Notes: generated from the letters alone by a model not told the origin. DNA of 64,000 nt from Chloroflexota bacterium (GCA_034189315.1 JAXHVC010000144.1:1026-65025); one strand, 5' to 3'; counted from the first letter of the stretch, positions 38,028 to 48,505 are shown. Numbers and translations are program-made.

Positions 38028-38431
38028 TTCATCCTCCCTGTACGGTTAACGTTTTCTCCCAAAGTTATAATGAGAGTGAGATGTTTCGCTGCTAATGCGA
38101 CATTGTAATGGCTTTGTAAATGCCATCAGTTTTCAATTACAAATCCAAAAAAGAAGAAACACATTGCATTACCTATAAGGGCAATGTGGTTCGATCAGAC
38201 CCAGAACAATCGCCATCAAATTCCCTATGTTGCATTATGCGCAAATAGAATCCCAGATCCCAAGCCCTAATCTCCAAACAAATTCCAATAACCCAAGCTC
38301 AAAAGAGGAAGGTAGTCAATAGTGTTTTGATTATTGGAGCTTGGATATTGTCTGGGATTTGGGATTGAAACATCCAATTGCCTCCGACAATGGCAATTAC
38401 TTAACTTGATAACATTGGCCTTTAGGGATGA

Positions 38432-38872
38432 CTATGATGGCGTTGTCTTCTGACAATTACGACAACAGCCTACAAATTCCAGGAGATGATCGTGGATTTC
38501 GAAACCGGTTTTTTGGCACAACCGCTCCTGTAATTCCTCCACACCGCAATCGACGAAATCCACGACAGTACCACATTGGGAGCAAAGAAGATGGTGGTGG
38601 TGTTGTTCTGATGGCCTTTTAACTAGGTAGCTATGACAATTGCCTTCGGCATGCACCTCGCAGATAAGTCCTAGTTTGGTGAGCAAATCCAAGGTGCGGT
38701 ATACAGTGACCAAGCCAACATCAGGAGATTCTTGGTGAACCCTTTCATAGATGTTATATGGAGTGAGATGGTCGTAACTCTGGGTGATGACTTTCAGTAT
38801 TGCCTTGCGTTGTGGAGTAAGCTTATATCCCCGCTTCTTTAGGATAGATGTTATTTGACGCTCTGTTATCAT
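38432..38872 (-). CDS. zur: Fur-family metalloregulator, probably Zur
   Basis: Fur-fold winged HTH and CxxC...CxxC pairs (CSQCG, CRNC). The Zur call comes from its position at the head of the znu operon. Confidence 0.6.
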   Translation of the reverse strand: MITERQITSILKKRGYKLTPQRKAILKVITQSYDHLTPYNIYERVHQESPDVGLVTVYRTLDLLTKLGLICEVHAEGNCHSYLVKRPSEQHHHHLLCSQCGTVVDFVDCGVEELQERLCQKTGFEIHDHLLEFVGCCRNCQKTTPS

Positions 38873-39392
38873 CTCGTAAAGCTACAAATGAAAACTGTTT
38901 ACGTTTATAGATATGATATCAACCATATGGCTTTCTGTCAATAATGGGGTCGTGTAATTTGGACACCAACCTTTTCCGGATTCAGATTTCGAGCTTTAGA
39001 GGCTTGTGCCAGTTGCTTCGTTCTCACCAATGTCATAGGGTTTAAGAATTTCAAGATTGATGGCCACTGCCACTGTAATTGGATGGTCCTCGCCCAAGTG
39101 TGCTTCGAGTATCCGTAGTACATACTTGATGCATTCCTTGGATCTCTTGTGATCACCCTGTGACGATTCCACGGAAAAATGCATGCATCGGCCTGCTGCC
39201 CCTATCTGCTGAATTTTTAGTCCTGCTCAAGTCAGGGGGTATTCAGCCGAATCAGGATTCAAGACTCGACCCCACTCACCTACGCAGGGATTAAATCTTT
39301 CTTTCGAGGAAGGGGTGCATACATAACAATTACACTGTGGACAAATGGTATGAGCCCCTAATAAGCATTCCTCTGTGAGTTAATAGCGAAGC

Positions 39393-40025
39393 CTAAACAG
39401 AAAGGCCATCGAGTCCAAGACGACTCAATGTCTCCGATGTTGGCACGCCGCTCTTTTTGTCCCATCCCCTTTCGTCATAGTACTCATCCAGCATCTCCTG
39501 CACATCATCCCTGGAGATCGTCTTGGCCCTGTAATAGTCCATCAGGGACAACTCTACGAATCCGATTTTGAGTGGTTCGACCCATGCTTGAGGTGGTTCA
39601 TCGTCCTTACGGCTGAAGCCCAACCTAGTATTGAGAAGTCGGTGCAGGTTCCATATCTGCTCGCCTTGCTTGAGGAGCTGAGCCGGGCTCGTTTCCAGTC
39701 CGGTGATGGCGGAATAGAATTCGACAGAAGTATCAATGCTATGAAAGCGGTGTATATAGAGGTGATGGCATTGTCCAAGAGTATTGAATAGGGAATACCA
39801 GTCCTCGCCATATTTGGTGAGCCTTCCCAAATTGAAGGAACTGGTGGTAAAGATACGTTTGATGGCCTCCTCCTGAATCCCTATACGATGGGCATTAGAC
39901 ACGAACTGGTCTATAGGCCGACCCTGCATGTAAATGCCGACTCCCCCGCAGGCATAGTTGGGACGTCCCGGGTGCACAAGCTGGGCTATTGACATCGTGT
40001 GCATGGTATCTACACGGGGGTCCAT
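39393..40025 (-). CDS. aldehyde:ferredoxin oxidoreductase (AOR family), C-terminal domain fragment
   Basis: Same frame as 40056-41267. The intervening 10 codons (AIHIKRCAPF) align with the conserved AOR AxHVKG region. Confidence 0.65.
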   Translation of the reverse strand: MDPRVDTMHTMSIAQLVHPGRPNYACGGVGIYMQGRPIDQFVSNAHRIGIQEEAIKRIFTTSSFNLGRLTKYGEDWYSLFNTLGQCHHLYIHRFHSIDTSVEFYSAITGLETSPAQLLKQGEQIWNLHRLLNTRLGFSRKDDEPPQAWVEPLKIGFVELSLMDYYRAKTISRDDVQEMLDEYYDERGWDKKSGVPTSETLSRLGLDGLSV

Positions 40026-40055
40026 GAAGGGTGCACATCTCTTGATATGGATGGC

Positions 40056-41267
40056 TTATACCTTGGCACCACGTCCAATCTTCTGCGACGCTAAAGGGCC
40101 CTCGGCCATGATATCCCCGAAGCCTTCACGATGAGCCGTCATGCCAATGAGCTGCAGAACGGTGTCATAGTATTGCTTTATCTCGATGCCTCCCGTGTCC
40201 TCCTTGGTGATGATCCCCTGGTCATACAGTGACACCATGAGGTTCATAACGTTGTAGAAATTGGATCGACAGATACCATTTCGATTAAAGACTGCTAGCC
40301 GTTTGACTGCCCGATTATGATTGTCCAAAGCGCTCTCGGTACTGGCTTCAGTCTCTGCCATGAAGTCTGTCAGGTAAGCTACCAAAGGGGCGTGTTCACC
40401 TTCTGTGAGGCGGTTGATTTCTTTGTCTCCCATTGGGCAACTGGGGCAGGCGAGGGTTTTTCGGCATCTCCTGTGTATGTCATCCCAACCAGCGATGGGC
40501 ATGCCCATCCCTTCTAGCCATTTCGAAGTCATAGAAAATGTTACACCCTCAAGAAGCTGCGGCCGCAACCGGTAGCTGACGACTTCTTCTATCATCTGAT
40601 CCACTGCCTTTTGCAACCTGAGGTGGTCTGCAACTTGTATTCCCTTGTCCCCCTGGCATGCCACCATTGCTTTCAGATTCTTGGAGCCCACAACAGCTGC
40701 CAGACCGCCGAAACCCAGCGTGCCCCCCTTATCAATGAAGGTCATTGATATCCTGCCCATATTCTCCCCTGAGGGCCCTATGGGGATGATGCTGCAAGGC
40801 TCGTACATTGGCCGAAGCTCATCCACTGTTTCATAGGCATCCAGTCCCCACAGGTTGCTGGCATCGCATAGGGTTACATCATCACTCGTAATCTCGAGGT
40901 AGACTGGTTTGGAAGCTCTACCGCTGATAACAATGTGGTCATAGCCGCAGGTTTTGAGCATGATGGGGAAATGACCTCCGCCACAAGCCGTACCGATACC
41001 GCCACTCAAGGGTAGTTTAGTGGGCACAACCAGCTCGGCCGAGCCAAGGACAATCGTGCCGGAAAAGGGACCTGTGCCCACGATAATTGCGTTCTCCGGG
41101 GAGAGGGATTCGGTGTGGGGTGGTATGTGATTGTAGGCAAGCCTGCCATTTATACCCCAACCGCCAAGGAAATCTGCCGCAAGTTCGCGGTCGAGAGATT
41201 CCTTCGTTATCCTACTGTTGGTGAGATCCACATACAGGATATGACCAGCGTATCCTGGCAGGTTCAT
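40056..41267 (-). CDS. aldehyde:ferredoxin oxidoreductase (AOR family), N-terminal and central part, ending at an in-frame TAA
   Basis: The N-terminal AOR domain (MNLPGYAGHILYVDLT...) and the central domain are present. The stop (TAA at 40056-40058) aligns with a conserved Tyr position in AORs. Confidence 0.65.
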   Translation of the reverse strand: MNLPGYAGHILYVDLTNSRITKESLDRELAADFLGGWGINGRLAYNHIPPHTESLSPENAIIVGTGPFSGTIVLGSAELVVPTKLPLSGGIGTACGGGHFPIMLKTCGYDHIVISGRASKPVYLEITSDDVTLCDASNLWGLDAYETVDELRPMYEPCSIIPIGPSGENMGRISMTFIDKGGTLGFGGLAAVVGSKNLKAMVACQGDKGIQVADHLRLQKAVDQMIEEVVSYRLRPQLLEGVTFSMTSKWLEGMGMPIAGWDDIHRRCRKTLACPSCPMGDKEINRLTEGEHAPLVAYLTDFMAETEASTESALDNHNRAVKRLAVFNRNGICRSNFYNVMNLMVSLYDQGIITKEDTGGIEIKQYYDTVLQLIGMTAHREGFGDIMAEGPLASQKIGRGAKV

Positions 41268-41268
41268 C

Positions 41269-41481
41269 TCAGTCAGCTCCTTTCCCCTTTTCTTGGATCA
41301 GGGCACCGTAGGGACACCACCTGGCGCAGATGCCGCAGTTGTCACATTCTTCCGTGAAGCTGATGGCATATTCAGTATCGGCACCCACTAGCCTACGGAT
41401 TCTTACTCTAGCCTTGACTGGATTGAATGTATTTCCACCCTTAGTGAACAGCGTAACTCGCAGGTGAGACAACCTGCACAT
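41269..41481 (-). CDS. small 4Fe-4S cluster-binding protein, translationally coupled to the AOR gene
   Basis: CDNCGICARWCP (CxxCxxCxxxCP) motif. Its stop overlaps the AOR start. Confidence 0.45.
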   Translation of the reverse strand: MCRLSHLRVTLFTKGGNTFNPVKARVRIRRLVGADTEYAISFTEECDNCGICARWCPYGALIQEKGKGAD

Positions 41482-41897
41482 TTCTCCGAATGGGCCTCTG
41501 TAGGAGGGCCCTTCTTCGTCTCGGTTGTCATGTTTGCCTCCTCATCAGGTACTCATGTAAATCCACAATTGCCTGTTGTTTTAGGGCTTCATTATTACAG
41601 ATCCAGACATGAGTGGAGAGGAACCAAAGCCATACTGGATTGAATTCCCTTCATAACAATATAACGGAACAAGCTCGTCGCATTCTAAGCTTTCGATATC
41701 TTCAATAAGACGGGTAGGTATGTTGTGTGGTTTCTTGGTCTGAGATTGGCCACAGCAGATTGTCGTCTAGTTTCAATGAGAGTATTGGAAGATGGGGTAA
41801 ACTAATTTTACATATGATTATGGCTTGGGTAATGTTTCCTGTCAATTTCCTAGAAGTATTGCCTTGATAATGTGTGGAACTTACATGCGCCCAATAA

Positions 41898-42095
41898 GAG
41901 ACTGTGTCATGACTATGAAACACTAGTCCAATGTACTAGGTTATTACAAACCGAAGGTGAAGCAATCTCATCCTGGTGGACAGGTCTGCAAGTTGTCTTG
42001 GGTGGACTTTCTCCTAAGAAACCCGAGGTTTCTTTTACTAACAACCCATGTTCCTCACGAGTCCAGTGCTCGTGGTGACATTGTGACCCAATCTC
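41898..42095 (+). mobile_element. MITE copy D (198 bp)
   Basis: 5' GAGACTGTGTCA ... conserved core ACCGAAGGTGAAGCAATCTCATCC ... AGAAACCCGAGGTTTCT ... 3' ATTGTGACCCAATCTC. It lies between the AOR operon and the OYE-family gene. Confidence 0.6.
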
Positions 42096-42194
42096 TTGGC
42101 CTTAATTGCATCAAGTTTTACATCTGTAAAAACATGTCGTGATTCACTGGTGATTACTTGGTGTCATGAGCGCTATTTATGGGTGAACGGCTGC

Positions 42195-42231
42195 AAATAA
42201 AAAGAGGGCAAGGTTACAGACCTTGCCCTCT
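42195..42231 (-). terminator. intrinsic terminator downstream of the enoate-reductase/acyl-CoA gene cluster
   Basis: AGAGGGCAAGG-TCTGTAA-CCTTGCCCTCT 11-bp stem followed by TTTTATTTG on the minus strand. Confidence 0.55.
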
Positions 42232-42399
42232 GGCGATACTAGTGTAATATTTCAGAGAAGGCTTTACAATTGCATTCCCCTATCAGGAAAGAGAAATCAC
42301 CCTCACTCAGCCTCTCTTCAAGGGAGAGGAATTTGAGAGGATGTGAAACACTGCTTTGTAAATCTATTTCTGAGACATAGTACTGGTACATTGACTTAT

Positions 42400-44403
42400 C
42401 TAAATCTTCCTGGCGACTTCGTTAGCAGTCCAAATTGCGCCATGGATATCTTCGACCCTAGCACAGTCTCCAATCTGGTGCAGCTCCGAAACCTTTCCTT
42501 GAAGTGCTTCTACCAGGGAAATGTTGCTTTTTCTGCCCAGAGATACGATTAGGGTATCGTAGGGCAGGGCAGTCTTGGCTCCTTCTTTATCTACAACAAT
42601 AACTTCTCTGGGGGTAACTTCGTCTACGGTCACCTCCTTGAGTACCTTGGGATTATCCACCTTCTTCTGCCGCGGCAACTCTTTGACGAAGTTCATGTCT
42701 GTCAGCTTCCTTTGGACGTAGATCCTTCTTACCATGGGCAATGGCATTGCCAAATCTGTTCCCTTACCAAATAGGGTTACATCTTTCCCCTCCTCAGCCA
42801 GGGAGAGCGCTAGCTCACAACCATAACCTAATCCTTGAACCAACACCTTTTGCCCGATCTCTTCTTTTCGTCTCAATGCGTCGACGTGGTTCATTATGCC
42901 TGGCTTGCCTGCAGATACCTCGGGGATTGTCATTGTAGAACCAGTTGCCAAGATGACAACATCTGGATTTAACTCTGTTATATCGTTAACTGTGGCCTCT
43001 TTGCATATTCTAACGTCAACCTTCTGCTTCTTTAATTGGGTGGCAAGATAGTTTACGAGGTTTCCGAATTCTGCCTCTATCGGAGCACGAGCAAGGGCAG
43101 CTACGATTCCTCCAAGTTCCGCCTCTTTTTCCATGAGAGTTACGCTGTGGCCTCTCTGGGCAGCTACTGTAGCCGCTTCCATTCCGGCTACTCCGCCACC
43201 TATTACGAGAACCTTCTTTGCCTTCTCTGCGGGAGTCAGGGGAATGGGCTCATCTTGAATATCGTAGTTAATGGCACAGGGCCTACCACATGAGCCAATA
43301 CCATAGAGGCATCCGATGCATTTGCGGATGTCTTCTGGTCTGCCATCAAAGTATTTCTTGGGAGTCTCTGGATCTGAGGTCAGTTGTCTACCCAGATAGA
43401 TGATATCAGCTTTCCCCTCTTGCAAGTATTTCTCGGCCACATCCATGCTAAGTATTCTGCCAACTCCAATTACCGGTAGCTTTGTGACCTTCTTGACTGC
43501 CTCGGCTAGATGAATAAAGCACCCTTCGGGATAGTACAAAGGTGTCAGTATCCCCTCAGGGCTATATGTCATAGACCCCATAGATACATCTATGCAGTCT
43601 GCTCCGGCTTTCTCTAGAGCGGGAACAATGATCTCAGTGGTATCCTTGAGAGTAATACCTAAGTCTCCTAGCAATTCGTCGGCACTGATTCTGACCATTA
43701 TGGGGTAGTCTTCGCCAACAGCCTTCCTCATCTTTTGCAGTGCTTCCAAAGGAAAGCGAAGCCTGCTTTCCCAGTCACCTCCATACTTATCCGTCCTTCT
43801 GTTGCAGAACGGAGATATGAATGCACAGCATAGAGTGGCACTGCCGTGGGCGCAGTGCAGCTCCACACAATCGATACCTGCGGATTTAGCTCGGGCTGCT
43901 GTTGCGGCCAGGTCATCTCCCCATTGTTCAAGCTCCTCTACAGACACCTCTCTGGCACCCATGGACATACCGCCCATTAGAGCCTCGATTAAATCCATTT
44001 TAGGATTGTCTGGGGTGGGGAACGGTGAGGGTGATGGTCCCATCATGGCCATCGGACCTGGTAGTGCAATCTGGATTCCGATCTTGGTTCCGTATGCATG
44101 CATCGCCTCTGCTAGCTGAACATAACCTGGGATGTACTTATCATCGTGAAGAGTGGGGCCCATACCGAGTGGGGACATTGCAGCTAAAGGGGCCAACATA
44201 TCGTATACCGAACGACTGGGATTGATGGTCCCTGTCATTATAAAGCCGGTTTCTCCCTTGGCTCTTTCTGCGAACCATCGAATGGTCGTTTCGGTTATAG
44301 TACCCTCTTCCCCAGAGGGCATGTTTAAGAAAGGAGCAAATGCTATCCGGTTTTTGAGCTCCATGTTTTTAATTTTAATTGGTTCCTCTAGTTTCCTGCT
44401 CAC
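42400..44403 (-). CDS. Old Yellow Enzyme-family FMN oxidoreductase fused to FAD/NAD(P)-binding domain (2,4-dienoyl-CoA reductase / 2-enoate reductase-like)
   Basis: OYE TIM-barrel N-terminal half, a Cys cluster CIGCLYGIGSCGRPC and a C-terminal VLVIGGGVAGMEAA dinucleotide-binding domain. 667 aa. Confidence 0.75.
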   Translation of the reverse strand: MSRKLEEPIKIKNMELKNRIAFAPFLNMPSGEEGTITETTIRWFAERAKGETGFIMTGTINPSRSVYDMLAPLAAMSPLGMGPTLHDDKYIPGYVQLAEAMHAYGTKIGIQIALPGPMAMMGPSPSPFPTPDNPKMDLIEALMGGMSMGAREVSVEELEQWGDDLAATAARAKSAGIDCVELHCAHGSATLCCAFISPFCNRRTDKYGGDWESRLRFPLEALQKMRKAVGEDYPIMVRISADELLGDLGITLKDTTEIIVPALEKAGADCIDVSMGSMTYSPEGILTPLYYPEGCFIHLAEAVKKVTKLPVIGVGRILSMDVAEKYLQEGKADIIYLGRQLTSDPETPKKYFDGRPEDIRKCIGCLYGIGSCGRPCAINYDIQDEPIPLTPAEKAKKVLVIGGGVAGMEAATVAAQRGHSVTLMEKEAELGGIVAALARAPIEAEFGNLVNYLATQLKKQKVDVRICKEATVNDITELNPDVVILATGSTMTIPEVSAGKPGIMNHVDALRRKEEIGQKVLVQGLGYGCELALSLAEEGKDVTLFGKGTDLAMPLPMVRRIYVQRKLTDMNFVKELPRQKKVDNPKVLKEVTVDEVTPREVIVVDKEGAKTALPYDTLIVSLGRKSNISLVEALQGKVSELHQIGDCARVEDIHGAIWTANEVARKI

Positions 44404-44446
44404 CTTTGTACTCCTTTATACTAGGATCAACCTGGGGAACCCTGCT

Positions 44447-45739
44447 CTATAGTTTCTGTGAGGCTACATAAGCGAGTACGTCCACAGGAAGATCGCAAGG
44501 TATCATTGGTTGTGCGTCTCTGAGAAGTTTCTCCAGCATATGTTCTTTGGAGAGGCCATATCCTCCCATGACTTCTACTGCGTCCATAGTGACTTTTTGC
44601 GCCATTCGAGGGGGGAAGACCTTACATGCAATGCCCAAGGCTGCATTAGGTGGGAAACGATTGCTGTTCTCCCATACTGACTTATAGATGAAGGTTCGTG
44701 CCGCCTCAATGGCAATGTACATATCAAGTAGCCTCAATCCGATGATCTCATGCTTTATTATGGGCACTCCTCCCTGTATCCGCTGCTTGGCATAGTCCAG
44801 AGCGATCTCATAGGCAGCACGTGCCATACCGACACACATGATGCCTACTGAAGGATTGCTGAAGGAAAGGAGAAGGGGCCCGAAATCCGCCATAAAGTCT
44901 CCTTGTTCAGGAGGCAGTGGTTCCATGAGGAGGTATTCTTCAGGCACTTCTACGTTGTCTAGAAAGATCTCTCCCTGATTGTGTGCTCTCATGCCTATTT
45001 TGTTAAATGGCTTGCCCTTGGATACTCCAGGCAAGTCTGCTGGTACAACAAAGGTGCCTTGACCACCTACTCCTCGGGAAGCATCGATCGTGGCATGAAT
45101 AACATACTGCGTAGCTATTGTTCCATTGGTGGGGAAGGCAGATTTGGACCCGTTCAAGATATATTTATTGCCAACCTTCCTAGCGGTAGTCTTGAAGGTA
45201 TATTGGGGATCGGGATTCGCCATATATAGTCCAAGGTCGCTGGAGCACTCTGGCTCGGTAGCTCCCCAGGAACCGACATGACGAGCCTCTTTGTCGGCAC
45301 AGAATGGGCGAACGAACTTATCGATCACTGCCTCGGAAACACCTTGTCCTCCAAATAGCGGTCCCATTTTCCCCAGAAAACTGACCATCACACCCACAAA
45401 AGGACATACAGATATGTTAAGGGCGATTCCAGCTCCACCCCAGGCTAGCTCCTCCAAAACCACCAGTTCAGTAAGGATCTCTGTATTAGCGCCGGTGCTT
45501 AGTCCCCCATAGGCTTCCGGAATCATAGTGCGATGGAGGTCTACCTCATAGGCCTTTTTCATAACTCCCCAGAATAGGTCACTCTTAAACACGTCCTCTG
45601 GATCTGGCCAGCGATCTAGCTCGATCTCAGCCGGGCGAATTTCCTTTTCGGCGAATTCATGGGCCATCCTTTGCATTTGTATTTGTTCCGAGGTTAGCTC
45701 AAAGTCTATCATTGGTAGTCCTCCTCTTCTCGGGCCCAT
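44447..45739 (-). CDS. acyl-CoA dehydrogenase family protein
   Basis: Three-domain ACAD layout, 430 aa. Confidence 0.7.
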   Translation of the reverse strand: MGPRRGGLPMIDFELTSEQIQMQRMAHEFAEKEIRPAEIELDRWPDPEDVFKSDLFWGVMKKAYEVDLHRTMIPEAYGGLSTGANTEILTELVVLEELAWGGAGIALNISVCPFVGVMVSFLGKMGPLFGGQGVSEAVIDKFVRPFCADKEARHVGSWGATEPECSSDLGLYMANPDPQYTFKTTARKVGNKYILNGSKSAFPTNGTIATQYVIHATIDASRGVGGQGTFVVPADLPGVSKGKPFNKIGMRAHNQGEIFLDNVEVPEEYLLMEPLPPEQGDFMADFGPLLLSFSNPSVGIMCVGMARAAYEIALDYAKQRIQGGVPIIKHEIIGLRLLDMYIAIEAARTFIYKSVWENSNRFPPNAALGIACKVFPPRMAQKVTMDAVEVMGGYGLSKEHMLEKLLRDAQPMIPCDLPVDVLAYVASQKL

Positions 45740-45849
45740 TCGCCATTACAGATGCCATGGATATAGGCCCTTAATTCTTGCATCTCGACTATATGGATTA
45801 TCTGGCCACAGCCTATATGACACTTGACCTTATAGACGTGATAGCGTAG

Positions 45850-47532
45850 TTAGGACCTCTTGATCTTGTATCCCGCCTTCTCTCTATCCCAAGTCTGTTC
45901 AGTAACGCCTGCTGCCTTTAGCTTGTACTTCTCGATACGATGGGTTTCTGTCTTTGGTAGCTCGTCGACTATCTCTACATAGCGGGGTATCATATAGTAT
46001 CCCATTCTGGATTCACACCAAGCCATTAGTTCTTCTGGTTCCAGCTTCATACCCGGATGAAGTTGAATTGAAACCTTAACCTCATCCTCTCCCAAATCCG
46101 ATTTCACACCAAAGGCTGCGCATTCTAGAACTGAAGGGTGCTTATTCACCACCGATTCGATTTCCCAGGAAGAGATGTTTTCTCCCCTCCTACGAATGTA
46201 GTCCTTCTTTCTATCTACAAAATACAGATAACCGTCCTCATCGTAGTAGACAAGGTCTCCAGTGTGGAACCATCCTCCACGCGTGACCTCTGAGGTCTCT
46301 TCCTCCATCTTGTAGTATTCCACGCTCCTGTTCGTTTGCATAGTAAACCGACCAAGCATCTCTCCTGTCACGTTTGGAGGACAGTCGTTCTCGTTATCAT
46401 CTACTACCCGGATCTCATTTACAGCGGAGAAGGGGACCCCCATGGATGGAACCTTCCTCTTCCACCCGGTACTCAGCGGCAAATTTATCGTAACTGCTCC
46501 TGCCTCTACTGCTCCATACCCCTCCACTATCTCCAATCCAAACCTTTTCTCGAACGGTTCCCAGACGTCCTTGGGGCATGCAGCTCCAAACGCATATCTC
46601 ACCGGATTGTCTGCATCGTTGGGTTTGGGATCTTGGTTGTAGAGTATGGTGGGTATTCCTCCAATGTAATTGAATTCCGTGGCATTGAACTTTCGAATCT
46701 CGTCCCAGAATCGGGACGCGCTGAACTTTTTGCTCATGGCCACCTGAAGATCTCCCAACAGTGCTGGCATGGTTGTTAGCATCTGGGCATTACCATGGAA
46801 GAGGGGCAGGCAGGTGTACATGATATCCCCTTCGCTCAGTCCCATCATAGAGGGTAGTACTCCTGCAAAGACAGAGCCCATATGCTGCTGTTGTACTCCC
46901 TTTGGAGGTCCTGTGGTTCCAGAGGAATAGATAATCTCCATGGTATCCATAGGACTAATATCAACTTCCGGGGGCGTGGGAGTGGCCGTAAGTAGCTCTT
47001 CCAGAGGAACAGCATCCGATGGTAGTTTAAAACTATTGAGGGCATATCTGGTTTCTAGGATCAGTCTTGCGATTCCTGTTAAGTCACTCTCTATAAACCT
47101 ATAATGGCCTATGTATTCGTGACTCAGGAATATAGTATTGGCTTCGGAGTGATTCAGTATATAGGTTAAACCATCACCCCTAAGACTAACATTGATCGGA
47201 ACGAATATAGCTCCGATTTTGCTCACTCCCCACCAACAGTAATAGTACTCAGGGCAATTGGGGAGCATGATAGCCACCTTGTCTCCCTTCTTTACCCCCA
47301 TCTGGGACAGCGCGTTTGCCACTCGATCGGACCTATCATCCATTTGCTTATAGGTCACTTGCTCGTCTTCGAAAAATAGGAATACCTTGTCACCATTTTT
47401 CTCAGCCTTCATCTTTACAAGACGTCCGACAGTGGCGTTCTCCATGCCGATATTCAGCATGGCTTGCATGGCCTTACCCGACATCTCATTCATCAGTCGG
47501 ATCAGTTCAGGGTCTTTCACTTCCACTGGCAT
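45850..47532 (-). CDS. AMP-forming acyl-CoA synthetase/ligase
   Basis: AMP-binding motif IIYSSGTTGPPKGV, about 560 aa. Confidence 0.75.
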   Translation of the reverse strand: MPVEVKDPELIRLMNEMSGKAMQAMLNIGMENATVGRLVKMKAEKNGDKVFLFFEDEQVTYKQMDDRSDRVANALSQMGVKKGDKVAIMLPNCPEYYYCWWGVSKIGAIFVPINVSLRGDGLTYILNHSEANTIFLSHEYIGHYRFIESDLTGIARLILETRYALNSFKLPSDAVPLEELLTATPTPPEVDISPMDTMEIIYSSGTTGPPKGVQQQHMGSVFAGVLPSMMGLSEGDIMYTCLPLFHGNAQMLTTMPALLGDLQVAMSKKFSASRFWDEIRKFNATEFNYIGGIPTILYNQDPKPNDADNPVRYAFGAACPKDVWEPFEKRFGLEIVEGYGAVEAGAVTINLPLSTGWKRKVPSMGVPFSAVNEIRVVDDNENDCPPNVTGEMLGRFTMQTNRSVEYYKMEEETSEVTRGGWFHTGDLVYYDEDGYLYFVDRKKDYIRRRGENISSWEIESVVNKHPSVLECAAFGVKSDLGEDEVKVSIQLHPGMKLEPEELMAWCESRMGYYMIPRYVEIVDELPKTETHRIEKYKLKAAGVTEQTWDREKAGYKIKRS

Positions 47533-47767
47533 GATCTCTTACCTCCTAAGTACACTCGTTATGTTATATTTTCGTGTCACCAGGGTCAAGGTAGGTTTAT
47601 CACAGTGCTCAAGTGCCTGCTCGGGTCGCTACATTTGAATTGGGGTAAGAGAGTTAGTGCGAGATATCCCAATAGTAGCTGAAGATGCACCAAATAGTTT
47701 ATCTATATGTAGATTGTTTCAGTGTGATAACGTCTGTTGTGGAAACACATCTCGGTCACATCCATTC

Positions 47768-48487
47768 TCAATGCTTCAATCTTGCAAGGTAATTGCCATT
47801 TTCTTCCAGGGTGAGAATCTTGCATTGCCAACCAGCTTTCGAGGAATGATGACTCAAGGTCTTTGAATCTACGTATAAGAACGTGAAAGTTGGCCCCTTA
47901 TCTCCTCGATATTCAAAGAATAGGCGAACCTCTCCGAAGTAATGGTCGGCCTGTCGATTGGATTCCTGATAGGCTAGATCCGTCGGATTGATTGTGCGAC
48001 CGACGTCGAGCGAATTCAGCAGAATCTGACCGTCGTGTTTGACTAATCTGTGAATGCCCTGTAGGAATTGATCAAGACCGGACAGGTTTTCGACCATTCC
48101 TATGCCACGGCCCAATATCAGCACTGTGTCGAAAGGGGACATTACCAGATTCATCATGTCCACGCAATGAACGTTCTTCACACCGTGCGTTCGCATCACT
48201 TCGCAGGCTTCGGGTGAGATGTCGACTGCACAAACAGACAGCCCCTGATGTTGGAGGTGTAGACTATGAAGTCCTGATCCGGCGCCAACATCTAGTACAC
48301 AACCCCTGCAATGACTCAGCGCCATCTTGTCGATCGAAAGCTCAGTGCTATGTCTAAAAAAGGTACTTGCAGGTAGATGCGTCACGGAGCCGTCGTCACG
48401 ATGTATGGTAAGAGTCGCATTATCGTCACCATTGGAGAAATCACGTAGCGCTAAACCGTACAAACGCATTGGATTTGGTAGTGTCAT
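47768..48487 (-). CDS. class I SAM-dependent methyltransferase
   Basis: VLDVGAGSGLHSL motif I. 239 aa. Confidence 0.5.
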   Translation of the reverse strand: MTLPNPMRLYGLALRDFSNGDDNATLTIHRDDGSVTHLPASTFFRHSTELSIDKMALSHCRGCVLDVGAGSGLHSLHLQHQGLSVCAVDISPEACEVMRTHGVKNVHCVDMMNLVMSPFDTVLILGRGIGMVENLSGLDQFLQGIHRLVKHDGQILLNSLDVGRTINPTDLAYQESNRQADHYFGEVRLFFEYRGDKGPTFTFLYVDSKTLSHHSSKAGWQCKILTLEENGNYLARLKH

Positions 48488-48505
48488 TTCTCTTGCACTA
48501 TTAGA

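Noticed and set aside
38880-38940. Specific Zur-box call upstream of zur (AAACTGTTTACGTTT region)
   Set aside because: The palindrome is imperfect and does not match a known Zur consensus well enough. Only candidate operator palindromes in the zur-znuA spacer are mentioned.
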